Shown: positions 13,237 through 25,711, counted from the first letter of the whole stretch. The stretch: DNA of 63,989 nt, filler included, from Octopus bimaculoides (GCF_001194135.2; 6 parts of 6 records of this genome joined end to end with filler, not necessarily neighbours in it); one strand, 5' to 3'. Notes: generated by a model not told the origin, from the letters alone. Translations and numbers: made by a program.

Positions 13237-13294
13237 AGGCTGAAGTGTAAGGAGACATCATCACTATCATCAGCATGATTGTCATCATCGTCAT
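13237..13294 (-). CDS. Two-Ig GPI-type surface protein, coding exon 1 (signal peptide MTMMTIMLMIVMMSPYTSA)
   Basis: ATG at 13294, hydrophobic 19-aa leader ending in S-A, strong donor GCCT|gtaagt in phase 1 matching the next exon. An alternative in-frame upstream ATG lies at 13363. Confidence 0.75.
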
Positions 13295-15749
13295 CAGCAG
13301 TCTGCTAGGCTGACGGAAAGAGCTCCAAGTCCACTCGCCAACGCTGACACAACCAAGGGACATCTTGCTTGATCTGGATAAAAATATGTTGTAAGCGGTA
13401 GGAAAACTTTGCAATAGTTCTCCGTATCTGATTATATTATTCGTGATTTAATTAAGTTGATTAATTAACAAACATGTACGAAACCAAGCGAAAGGCAATT
13501 AAGAGCGAAAGTTATAACTGATGTTGAAAAATTGGTGCAAACGGCTGGCGGTTAATATGGTAATCACGTGACACTTGATTTTATTTAGAGTCATTACCAA
13601 ATTTAGAAGTTAATATAAATAGATATGTAAGCAGATATGCAAACACTAGAATAATTATATGTAGATACATATAAGTAACGTATTGGTATATATAATCATG
13701 TGACAGGAAGAATGACAAAACTAGCAGCAAACAATAAAGAAAGAATGTATTTTTTTGTTTTCGAGGAATTCGCTTGGTTTTCCTAATAAGTTTTAAAAAA
13801 AGAACCCTGGTTTGAGAGGATATATATTATTATACGAAGACGAGAAAGACTAAGAAATAAATGAGGAGAAGGCTGAGTGATTTAAAGAGAGGAATTGGTT
13901 AGTTCTGTGTATGTCTGTGCATGAGGGAGAGAGAGGGGGAGGAATGGTGAGAGAGCTGTGGGTAGGGTTAAGCTATGAGCAGAAACGGAAACAAAGACAA
14001 AATGTTGAATGGTGTTAGGGGAGAGATTGTGATAAAATAAAATGAAATAGAATATGGCGCTTCCAGTGTGAGTAAGTAAAAGAAAGACAGGGCAAAGATT
14101 TGGTGACTATAAGACTAGAGAAAAACAATAACAATTATACTTTACCAGCGCAATCTTGGTACCATTCGAACGTGCTAAAAGAACATTTGAACTTGTAAAC
14201 AGTCACCGTGTTTTGTCGTGCTGAATCTTTCTCTCTATAGACATATAATGTAAATACACTGAAATCAGCGAGAAGACATACATTCACCCACTGCGCAACG
14301 ATGTTGTTAAACCTCCCCCTCTATGTTAGCCCGCATCGGTAATAAAAAATCAGATGTTGTTAAACCTCCGTATGCAGGTCCTTTCCGTTTTCTTTCACGC
14401 AAGGATAAATTTTTCCCTATAGACCACTATATTAGTGGATAGACTGAAAAAGGCCTTCATAGAGAAAACTACCCCTGTTCCCACTGCAGACGACACACAC
14501 ACAGCATTACAAACATGGCCCGTACACCCATCGTCACGTTCCATGACTACCATTGGACAAGGATTCTGGATTATTTTTCCGGTTTTTAACTNNNNNNNNN
14601 NNNNNNNNNNNNNNNNNNNNNNNNNNNNNNNNNNNNNNNNNNNNNNNNNNNNNNNNNNNNNNNNNNNNNNNNNNNNNNNNNNNNNNNNNNNNNNNNNNNN
14701 NNNNNNNNNNNNNNNNNNNNNNNNNNNNNNNNNNNNNNNNNNNNNNNNNNNNNNNNNNNNNNNNNNNNNNNNNNNNNNNNNNNNNNNNNNNNNNNNNNNN
14801 NNNNNNNNNNNNNNNNNNNNNNNNNNNNNNNNNNNNNNNNNNNNNNNNNNNNNNNNNNNNNNNNNNNNNNNNNNNNNNNNNNNNNNNNNNNNNNNNNNNN
14901 NNNNNNNNNNNNNNNNNNNNNNNNNNNNNNNNNNNNNNNNNNNNNNNNNNNNNNNNNNNNNNNNNNNNNNNNNNNNNNNNNNNNNNNNNNNNNNNNNNNN
15001 NNNNNNNNNNNNNNNNNNNNNNNNNNNNNNNNNNNNNNNNNNNNNNNNNNNNNNNNNNNNNNNNNNNNNNNNNNNNNNNNNNNNNNNNNNNNNNNNNNNN
15101 NNNNNNNNNNNNNNNNNNNNNNNNNNNNNNNNNNNNNNNNNNNNNNNNNNNNNNNNNNNNNNTATATATATATATATATGTATATATATGATAATAACGG
15201 ATTTTTAAGGAATGTTTACCCCCAAGAAAACACACACATCTGAGTTTGCCATAGGTTAACTTACACGTCGAAATGTAAGTTCCTTTTGTAAATTCTCCCT
15301 GCCGAAATACCAAATTGACATGTTTTAAAGTGGGAATTGAATTAAAGTATTTTATTTTTGTAACTGAACTGATTGGGTGTGGAAACAGCTGTAGGCAGGA
15401 ATTTCTCTGCAGGAATTCGAATATCTTTGAATAAATAACGTCTCTACGTCAATTTTTCAATTTTCTTCCTCCACTCTATTCTGTTTTTCTAAGACGTTTG
15501 TCTTTAAGTGCACATGCATATATGTCTATTGTGTGTGTATTATTCTATGTATCTGTGTATTAATCACACAGATGCATAGAATAATACACACGCACACACA
15601 CACAAGGACAATAACGCATGCGCACATAAAGATAAACATGTTAGATGAACGGAATGGAGTGAATGAAGAAAGATCACACACGGAAACGTTAAGTGTCACT
15701 GAAGAGGTTACAGATGTGTGACAAAAGATATCCGGACAATGGATATCGA

Positions 15750-15799
<50 letters not shown>

Positions 15800-16627
15800 T
15801 AATATAATAGTAAATAACGAGGGAAGAAAAAATACAGTGCATGTGTTTATTTGGCAAAAAATAATAATAATAATTAACACGATTTCACATNNNNNNNNNN
15901 NNNNNNNNNNNNNNNNNNNNNNNNNNTGTGTGTGTGTGTGTGTGTGTTTGTGTGTGTGTGTTTGTCCCCCTAGCATTGCTTGACAACCGATGCTGGTATA
16001 TTTCTGTCCCCGTCACTTAGCGGTTCGGCAAAAGAGACCGATAGCATAAGTACTAGGCTTACAAAGAATAAGTCCCGGGGTCGATTTGCTCGACTAAAGG
16101 CGGTGCTCCAGCATGGCCGCAGTCAAATGACTGAAACAAGTAAAAGAGTAAAAGAGATATATATAACTACGTCACAATATCTTTCCTCTCAAATGAAGGA
16201 TGTAACACTTTTATACGGATATCTGGTTTAAAAAAATTTGTAGTTCGTTTCTTGGTGAGTTTGGAGTTAATAAATGCATGTGTTGTTTGAGGCATTTGGT
16301 GTAGGTTGTTCAGGATGTGGAGAAGTGGATGGTTTACGATATGTCTATGTCATTCTCTGCTACTTGAACCCTGGCAGCTGTTAGCCAGTGATAGTGATAC
16401 GAATGCATTACACCCTTCATCTGCGAGGAAATGGATCGCGAAGAACTTAAATAAATATGCATGTTGAAAGATACGGAAATAATTTTTTTTTTAATTCTCG
16501 AACGCGTGATAATTCTAATAAATAGCGTGATCAGGATAAATTATCCATACATTGCAGAAAAATACGTTACCGGCCAGCCATGAGACTCGAGGAATGTGAG
16601 TTCGAATCTCATGGCTGGCCGGTAACG

Positions 16628-17230
16628 CAGTACGACGAGAGGAACAGAATTTCGTTGCCCTCCAAGGGCTGGCTCGCAAAATTGTGAGCCTCCTCCGGGG
16701 TGTCAAACAGCAACCATACGGTTGCATGCTTGACACCGCGGGATATGTATTTCACAGAGGACAAATAGTCTTTCAGTTCTTTTTGTATAGTTGGTTTTGG
16801 GAAGACGGTGTTGGTATCAAGAACTTTCGAGTAAGTTCTAACCACTACCGTCCTCTCTTCCATATCTTTTAACCACTGCTTGGGTGGCATAATTTCCCAC
16901 TCCAAGACAGGGTTCTTTTTAAGTTCTTTCTCTGCCATGTCCAAAAAAAAAACAGTTCAAAAACAGTTCACAAAAACAATCCATCAAAAATTGATAAAAA
17001 TAGAAGAAAACAGGATAGAAGAGAAGAAGAAACTCGAAAAGAATTAAAAAGGAAGAAAGCGGGCAACAATGGTTGCCCGCCGAAGGACCCTAAGGTTTCG
17101 GGAGGTAGGGGAGAGACTCCGGACAAAGCAGAAGAGCTCCATTCTCCCGAAGTCAAGAAGAAAAGAAAAGAAAGAATAAGAACGGGTCATTGCAGGTGGA
17201 CGAGAGAAGGGGGAAATAAGAGAAGGTCTC
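16628..17230. mobile_element. Probable LINE ORF1-like fragments in divergent orientation
   Basis: Minus-strand 111-aa ORF with RRM-like VWLLFDTPEEAHNF, and a plus-strand K/R/E-rich open stretch. Family not recognised. Confidence 0.35.
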
Positions 17231-17472
17231 ACAAAATATCGGGTGACACACTAAAAACTTTGTGCTTAGTTCAGTAGAATTTTTGAACAGGAACCAACAC
17301 TGTAAGTGTTATGCGACAACTCGGATATTATATGGCTAAAGAAACAAAATAACAATTATATTTCATCATTGCAATCTTAATACTATTAGAATATGCTAAA
17401 AGCATGTTCGGACTTGTAAACATCAACCATGTTTTGTCATGGAGAAAATTTCTTGCTGTAGACATATAATGT

Positions 17473-17769
17473 GTGGAGACGCATGGCCTCGTGGTTAGAG
17501 CAGCGGGCTCGCAATCGAGGGATCGCGGGTTCGAATCTCAGACCGGGTGATGTGTGTGTTCATGAGTGAAATATCTAATCTTCAAGCGGCTCCAGTAGAA
17601 GGTAATGGCGAACTTCTGCTGACTCATTTGCCACAACTTTCCCTCACTCTTTCCTCCTGTATCTAGCAGCTCACCTGCGACGGACCGGCGTCCCGTCCAG
17701 GTGGGGGGCCTATACGCCAATGAAACCGGACCTTGTGAGCCAGCCATGGCTTGAGAAGCATCAAACAAC
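17473..17769 (+). mobile_element. SINE (family C-related) with 13-bp TSD agacatataatgt
   Basis: TSD at 17460-17472 and 17770-17782; tRNA head ggcctcgtggttagagc...ggttcgaatc. Confidence 0.85.
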
Positions 17770-18344
17770 AGACATATAATGTAAATACACCGAAATCATC
17801 GAGAAGACACATAAATTCACACGCTGATACTTACCTTTGTGTTTTGAGAAAGATTCGTTGTGGCCAGAATGAGAGATAATCCAAAATTTATAAGAGGATA
17901 AATGGAACAGCGATGCAAATTATCTGAGGGCAATACGCCAAAATTTACTGTGGTAGTCGCTGTCGATGTTATGGTAGAGTTTGTAGAGGTTTAACGGTGG
18001 TCCTACAGTAGATTCATGCTGGAGGCTTATAACAAACTTTCTTAAGCCTTTATATATATTTAACGTACTAGTGATACATAATACGGGTGGGTGCTTATAA
18101 ATGCCTAGAATTCTCACTGCATATATATGGTTTGATATTTTCAACCAGTAAAACTACACGCAGACCCACGCAAAATATTACATCACTGACAGAAAATGTA
18201 AAACAAATATATGAAGAGACAGACAGAGAGAGGGGGGAGAGAGAGGGGGAAACAGAGACAGCAGCGGAGAAAGAGAGAGATGCTTATGGATGTATACGAC
18301 GGGATACCCAAATGAAACCGGAATTTTGCAATATTATTTTATTC

Positions 18345-19260
18345 GCTTAGTTTTACACGTTTACACTTCTATCGCTTTCAAAGTATTCTCCATTTGAAGC
18401 AATGCAGCGGTCCGGACGCGTGCTCCACTTTTTGAAGCAATACTGGAACTCTTGAGAAGTGGTGCCCCTGTCATTTTTCTTTTTCTTTACCTCTTCCACA
18501 TCTGCGAATTCCGTAGGACCAGGTTTCGTCACCAATGATGACTTTCGATAAAAGGTCCGTATCAACTTCCAAATGCTCTTTCAGTCCATGACACGCATTC
18601 AGTCATGACTGCTTTTGATCTTCCGTGAACAAGGGGGAAACGAATATTTCTGTAGCACTTTTCCTTCGCAATTCCTTGCTCAAAATTCGTTGGCAGGAAC
18701 TCCATGACACACCAGCCATATCAACAAGTTTATTAATTCTTCNNNNNNNNNNNNNNNNNNNNNNNNNNNNNNNNNNNNNNNNNNNNNNNNNNNNNNNNNN
18801 NNNNNNNNNNNNNNNNNNNNNNNNNNNNNNNNNNNNNNNNNNNNNNNNNNNNNNNNNNNNNNNNNNNNNNNNNNNNNNNNNNNNNNNNNNNNNNNNNNNN
18901 NNNNNNNNNNNNNNNNNNNNNNNNNNNNNNNNNNNNNNNNNNNNNNNNNNNNNNNNNNNNNNNNNNNNNNNNNNNNNNNNNNNNNNNNNNNNNNNNNNNN
19001 NNNNNNNNNNNNNNNNNNNNNNNNNNNNNNNNNNNNNNNNNNNNNNNNNNNNNNNNNNNNNNNNNNNNNNNNNNNNNNNNNNNNNNNNNNNNNNNNNNNN
19101 NNNNNNNNNNNNNNNNNNNNNNNNNNNNNNNNNNNNNNNNNNNNNNNNNNNNNNNNNNNNNNNNNNNNNNNNNNNNNNNNNNNNNNNAGACTCGACGACA
19201 CTTGTCGGCATACTGATGCCTGAGGGCCGCATCAAGTGTCTTCAGCGGTAGAAACCCTCA
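18345..19260 (-). mobile_element. Mariner transposase remnant (with internal gap)
   Basis: VSWSSCQRIL, KVITGDET, EFQYCFKKW...RCIASNGEYFESD. Confidence 0.8.
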
Positions 19261-20133
19261 TATATACCAACTTATAGGAGGTTTATGATGTTTTTATTCG
19301 CACAGTTACAGCAGGCTCTGCATCATCGTCAGACAGGGATGAAGAAGGAGAAAGAGAGAGAGAGAGAGAGCTGGCAGAAACGTTAACAGGCCAGACGAAA
19401 TGCTTAGCGGTATTTCGTTTGTCTTCATGTTCTGAGTTCAAATTCTGCCGAGGTCGACTTTCCCTTTCATCCTTTCGAGGTTGATAAATTAAGTACCAGT
19501 TGTGTACTGTGGTTGATCTAATTGACTGGGCCTCTTCCCAAAAACGTCGGGCCTTGTGCCTAGAGTAGAAAAGAGATGATGTAAACGGTAACAAAGCGAA
19601 ACGTCTGCCAGTTTATTGGAGGTTTTCCATGTTCTCATTTTCATTCTCTTTCGTTTTACTTGTTACTGAAGATAGTTTATAGTATCCGTTATACTATAGG
19701 CACAAAGCTTAGAATTTGTAGGGAGGGGTATAGCCGATTACATTAACCCCAGTATTTAACTGGTACTTAATTTATCGACTCCGAAAGGATGAAAGGCAAA
19801 GGCGACCTCGGCGGAATTTGAAGAGGGTCAACCATCGCTACTATATATTCGATCCCGAGACTCTGCTTCTTTACTCCACTTATATTTATATGATTTCAAA
19901 CACAGCAGTGAGAAATTACTTTCCAGCTTGTTTCTATCCGCTGCTTGCAATATTTTTCGCAAACAATCCCTCATTAAATAGAAACTGAAAATATAATACC
20001 GTGATGAAAATATTTCATGGAAAACTTCGTATCTTTCGATGAAATTATATTTCGAAATATCAATTTTTAAGTTGGAATGCATAATTTAAAAACTGAAATG
20101 TCAGTCAAAAGACAATATACCGTTAAATATGAT

Positions 20134-20139
20134 TTTATT
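20134..20139 (-). terminator. AATAAA in the conserved 3' block of exon C
   Basis: cctggAATAAAatc is conserved in all three copies. Confidence 0.5.
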
Positions 20140-20273
20140 CCAGGATATAACTATAACAATGGACGGAACCGTATGCAATATTCTGTAGAATTATGCACAC
20201 AAATTTTTCAAAATCTAAAATGCCCATTTGCAGATATTAGGAATAAAGTCTGACAAAAATATAACGCAAATTA

Positions 20274-20654
20274 CCCCTGTTTTGCAGAGAAAAGTGTAGG
20301 TGGCTAGCAGTGGACTCGAACCCACATCCCCGTGATTACGCATCACGATGCTTTGACCGATTAAGCTAAACTACCCACTACAAATTGCTCTGCAAATTTA
20401 AGATATATAAATCTCGCTTAATGAGACGCTCTCATATGTTAAATTCAAATTACGACAAACGTAAATAAACAAACGAAGTTTGCTTTTTTAGAAGCGTTGA
20501 GATGTGTTAGAAAGTTAAAGAAGTGATTTTAAATTCTCAATCGCAGAATAATGCTAATAATATAGCCTGAACTTTCTAAGACATCTCAACGCTTCTGAAA
20601 AAGCAAACTTCGTTTGATTATTTACGTTTATCGTAATTTGAATTTAATATAATA
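20274..20654 (-). mobile_element. 381-bp insertion (long hairpin + tRNA-like unit) with 7-bp TSD caaatta, in the 3' region of exon C
   Basis: Absent at the homologous site in copies A and B (ttgcaaattattttaatga). caaatta is repeated at 20267-20273 and 20655-20661. Confidence 0.75.
20301..20376 (-). ncRNA. tRNA-like sequence (Pol III A and B boxes; Thr-CGT-like loop), probably not a functional tRNA
   Basis: GGTAGTTTAGCTTAATCGGTCAAAGCATCGTGATGCGTAATCACGGGGATGTGGGTTCGAGTCCACTGCTAGCCA. A box TAGCTTAATCGG, B box GGTTCGAGTCC, D and anticodon stems present, acceptor and T stems imperfect, TTTT just downstream. Confidence 0.55.
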
Positions 20655-20775
20655 CAAATTATTTTAATGATAACGTTACCAAATATTATATATGTGATTT
20701 CTATAAATTCGTACACGGGTATTGTAATTCAACCGTAACAATGTTTTAATGTAAGGAAATTCAACTATATTCCGT

Positions 20776-21275
20776 TCAATATTTACTGCACACAACGCAG
20801 GTTAATTCTCGACCACTTTCATACATTTGATATGGCATTGTGTAATTAGTAGTCTGAACGAAATGCAGTGAACTTCCATTTTTGTTTACATAAATGTCAG
20901 GACAAGTTTCTGGCGCATAGTCTACGCACACATAATCATGTCTACCCTTGCCGTTGTCACACTCACTCATCAAATACCCATAATACTCAATTGTCCAACC
21001 AGAGCAACACTTTGTCCTGCCTGGTAACATCATAACAGCTGCAGGTTTTCGTGTCACACAGACAGCACAAGGAGCAACATGGTCATTAAGTTTTTCGGCG
21101 TTTTCAAAAGAAAATAAAGGATCAGTTGCGTAAGCCTCAAATTGATATCCACTCCCATATATAGTTGCAGTATCTTCAAATTTTTTAGTAGTATTGGCCC
21201 AAATCGGACCGTGAGGCAAACACAGGAGGTTACTTCCGCCACCACTAATGTCATGGTGTTGACCACCAACCAAGC
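20776..21275 (-). CDS. C4/spongin-related terminal exon C (intact, distal)
   Basis: Acceptor ttccatttttag|GC TTG GTT GGT GGT, phase 1, open to TGA at 20778-20776. Same motif set, but CGSLPC is replaced by TNYTMP. Confidence 0.85.
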
Positions 21276-21984
21276 CTAAAAATGGAAAAAAGAAAAGAAA
21301 TATACTAATTATATATTTTGTAAGATGAAATACCTGAAATATTATTTTAAAATAATCCTTAAACTATTATATTTTTTGACGACAATATATCATAACACAT
21401 AACTTAGAAGCAGAGCCACAGATGTACCAACACAACACACACGAGATTGAAACAGCCGACCTCATGCACTTTTCATGAGGAATTCCGGAAGGAGCTTCGT
21501 GAGACCACTCCTGAGACGCTTCCGAAAAAAGGAAAACCGTTGGAAAACAGTTTATAGCAGAGACTCCAGCAAAGAAGATCTGAAGAAGGAATTGTAATTC
21601 CGAAATATCATCGGACTATAGATAACCAAATTACAACAGGTATATAGTCCATTTTTTGTTCTATAGCGCATTGTTATACCATGATAAACTTTTTGTTCTT
21701 TACAAACAATACACAATGCTTCAAGCGAACTACAATACTCTCCCATAATCTATTGGTATTACACGCAACATGAGAAGATCAAGTAATTATAATCACCGTA
21801 CTATTGTAATATGATCAACAGGATGGCCACATGTGGCTCACTCATTATCTAAGTGCGGCAGAATGCAGTTGACAGGTTCTGCATGAGGTCACAGCCGTCT
21901 GTCATTGTTTTAAATATGAATATGCATTATCATATAATTTGTTATCGTCTCTGACCTTTCTCATTTTTGTACAGAATGTTTAGG

Positions 21985-22190
21985 TAAGAGAGGGGTTGAG
22001 CTATGATCTGATCACCATCTTGTTGTCTGCAACCTCAAACATTCTACAGCAGGAAGAAATCACTAAGTTACTAGGTCTAGTGAGACTTACAGAATGAAGT
22101 GGAAAGCCTTACCGGTTGATGGTATCAGAAACAAATATGTGGACACAGTTATATCTAAAATGCCTGTAAGAACTGAGTATGCTTAGTGAT
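21985..22190 (+). mobile_element. RTE LINE fragment paralogous to 26925-27130 (co-duplicated with the cassette)
   Basis: gagctatgatctgatcaccatctt...gagacttacagaatgaagtggaaagcc...agaactgagtatg matches the fragment upstream of exon B. Confidence 0.6.
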
Positions 22191-22283
22191 AAATTATTAT
22201 ATATGGTTATTGACGATTTAAAGTCTATTTCTCGGCATATTTGACATAAGAATTTTTTTCTTTTGCCCTATTTGTAAGTTGTT

Positions 22284-22328
<45 letters not shown>

Positions 22329-24066
22329 ACATTCATACAGACACACACACACACACACACATACACACACACACACGCATATGTTGCTAGCGAACAATTT
22401 GAAGAAGCGGAAACTGGAGTATTGACCAACAACACCGTATGAGATGATTACCTGATGATTCATGCGCACGGACGAATTACCATCTTGAGCTCGCTGCACA
22501 TGTGGACTGTGCATTATAGAGGATGGTTGAATACGTGTGGTGTCCGAAAGTATGTGCAATGCGCGTATTTCGGTTTGCATATTTCGGCAGTGCGTATTTT
22601 GGAAGTGTGGAAATTTGTTTTGATCTGTCTAAGTCTTCGAACGCAATGAAAGTACATTTTTTCCAATTTAGTGGTAGAGGATTAAATACTGGCGTATCCT
22701 TATGATCAGGAAACAAAAGCTCAGTCCTTCGAATGTTGTTACCCCTGTTCTTCAAATCCTAACATGTTCAAGACATAGCAACTGATACCCAAAGTCTTTT
22801 CATTAAAAAAATCTTTTTTTTTATCCTTCTCCATGATTTCCCGGAACGTAGCTGCGCAATGTACAAGTAATTCATTGAAACATTCAAAAATCTTGAACAA
22901 GCAATAAGAAAGAGGCCGAACAAAAATCTGAAAATGATTCACATTACTATGTGTAGCCATACGCACATCTTTGGTAACACATCAGGCAATCGGCACGCTT
23001 GGATGCTCATTAGAATCCACTGCCGCGATTGATTGTACAAATTTGACTTCTACTTATTTAGTCCAACGAAGGACATTGTTTGGGGAATAATGATATGATT
23101 ACAGGGACGAAGTGAAAGTGATTGGGAATAAGACGATACGACGGTACATACCTGAATCTTTTCAAAGAGCATTGGAGAAAAAGGTTCAACGAGGGCTCAA
23201 ATGCATTGCTTTTAATGGAGATTTTGTTGAGTTGTATCTCTATATAGAGTTAGAGTTAGTCTATCAACATTTTGAACGCCCATCTAATTAATAGCCAAGC
23301 TATGCGATTGCTTACATTCGTCTCTGAAAACCTCTCGTATATACAGAATGCTTTGGTATTTCGTGCATCTTTCTATTAGTATATGACACTTTATCAAACA
23401 CTTTTGTAATTATTTCAAGGACAATGAAGATTCTTTTATGATAAACATTAACATGAGTCTATATTAAAGAGTTCAATTTAATAGAATGCAGATTATAATA
23501 CCATGTTAAATTTAACGAATTCTAATTAATTTTATGTTATAAAGGTTAAGTAGTCTAAAGATTTTTTTATCATTATTTTCATTCATTTTTTTATTATTAT
23601 TTTCATTCATATATAGTTGAGAAAAGAGTAGAGACCATCGAAACAAATCAATGTTTTATATATAAAAGATGGGGGTGGATATAGTACAGACGTAAGTCCA
23701 AGACATTTCAATTTAAGAGGGACTTGAATGAAAAATTATATAAAGAAAATATTATTGGTTTCCATGTACCTCATCTTATCAAATATCAGTAAAAGTTTAT
23801 AAAAATTTGTAGCTGAAGTATTTTATCTTCTGTCTAGCAGTCAAGAACATGTGGTGGAGATTTTTCGTTGAAGTCTTCTTTAAATATGGTTTCGTATGGA
23901 GTTCAAAGTGTTAGAGAGTGAGAGAAGGGATGTCTATTGTCTGAAAGAAATCTTTGTGTGTCCCTGCTATAAAATCCATTCAATAAATGCTTTTTAGCGA
24001 CTCCCTTGGCAGGAACACACAAAGATTTCTTTTAATTCTGTGCTATTTCCACCTCCATCTTATATA

Positions 24067-24127
<61 letters not shown>

Positions 24128-25401
24128 GTATAGCATTTTTGTTTGTCTTAATAACTGACGAAATGCCGGAACAGATTTCCGCCCCGACATCCGGAATTTG
24201 GCGTTTTGTTATGGCAACCGAATAATTGTCACATATTATATTTATTGATAAATTCCTCTCTATTTACATAATATCGAGGTCTCATTTATTCTTTTGTTGT
24301 CATACTATTACTATTAACATATATATATATATCTATCATCATCATCGTTTAACGTCCGCTTTCCATGCTAGCATGGGTTGGACGACTCGACTGAGGACTG
24401 GTGAACCAGATGGCTACACCAGGCTCCAATCTGATCTGGCAGAGTTTCTACTGTTGGATGCCCTTCCTAACGCCAACCACTCAGAGAGTGTAGTGGGTGA
24501 TTTTACGTGCCACCCGCACGAAGGCCAGTCAGGCGGTACTGGCAACGGCCACGGTCGAAATGGTGTCTTTTATGTGCCACCCGCACAAGAGCCAGTCCAG
24601 GGGCACTGGCAACGATCTNNNNNNNNNNNNNNNNNNNNNNNNNNNNNNNNNNNNNNNNNNNNNNNNNNNNNNNNNNNNNNNNNNNNNNNNNNNNNNNNNN
24701 NNNNNNNNNNNNNNNNNNNNNNNNNNNNNNNNNNNNNNNNNNNNNNNNNNNNNNNNNNNNNNNNNNNNNNNNNNNNNNNNNNNNNNNNNNNNNNNNNNNN
24801 NNNNNNNNNNNNNNNNNNNNNNNNNNNNNNNNNNNNNNNNNNNNNNNNNNNNNNNNNNNNNNNNNNNNNNNNNNNNNNNNNNNNNNNNNNNNNNNNNNNN
24901 NNNNNNNNNNNNNNNNNNNNNNNNNNNNNNNNNNNNNNNNNNNNNNNNNNNNNNNNNNNNNNNNNNNNNNNNNNNNNNNNNNNNNNNNNNNNNNNNNNNN
25001 NNNNNNNNNNNNNNNNNNNNNNNNNNNNNNNNNNNNNNNNNNNNNNNNNNNNNNNNNNNNNNNNNNNNNNNNNNNNNNNNNNNNNNNNNNNNNNNNNNNN
25101 NNNNNNNNNNNNNNNNNNNNNNNNNNNNNNNNNNNNNNNNNNNNNNNNNNNNNNNNNNNNNNNNNNNNNNNNNNNNNNNNNNNNNNNNNNNNNNNNNNNN
25201 NNNNNNNNNNNNNNNNNNNNNNNNNNNNNNNNNNNNNNNNNNNNNNNNNNNNNNNNNNNNNNNNNNNNNNNNNNNNNNNNNNNNNNNNNNNNNNNNNNNN
25301 NNNNNGTTGTGAGTGTTTATTGAGCGAAAACGCCTAAAGCTGGAATACATGAATTAAAAACTGAAATGTCAGTCAAAAGACAATATACCGTTAAATATGA
25401 T

Positions 25402-25407
25402 TTTATT
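25402..25407 (-). terminator. AATAAA in the conserved 3' block of exon B
   Basis: cctggAATAAAatc is conserved in all three copies. Confidence 0.5.
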
Positions 25408-25711
25408 CCAGGATATAACTATAACAATGGACGGAACCGTATGCAATATTCTATAGAATTATGCACACAAACTTTTCAAAATCTAAAATGCCCATTTGCG
25501 GAAATTAGGAATAAATTCTGACAAAAATATATTGTAAATTATTTTAATGATTTCCATCATTTGAATACAGGACAACGTTACCAAATATTATACATGTGAT
25601 TTCTATTTATTCTTCTCGGTGAATTAATGCTTTATAAATTCACTCATAAATTTAATCTTGTAAATCAACCGTAAACATATCCAGATGAAATCGAATTCCA
25701 CTATACTGTAT

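Noticed and set aside
13564-13571. TCACGTGA E-box upstream of the Ig gene
   Set aside because: A single short motif expected by chance; the transcription start is unknown.
20301-20376. Bona fide tRNA-Thr gene
   Set aside because: Acceptor and T stems are imperfect, and it lies inside a TSD-flanked insertion, so I report it as tRNA-like only.
23100-23280. Possible mariner C-terminal remnant (KCIAFNGDFVE)
   Set aside because: Only one short motif; too decayed to delimit.
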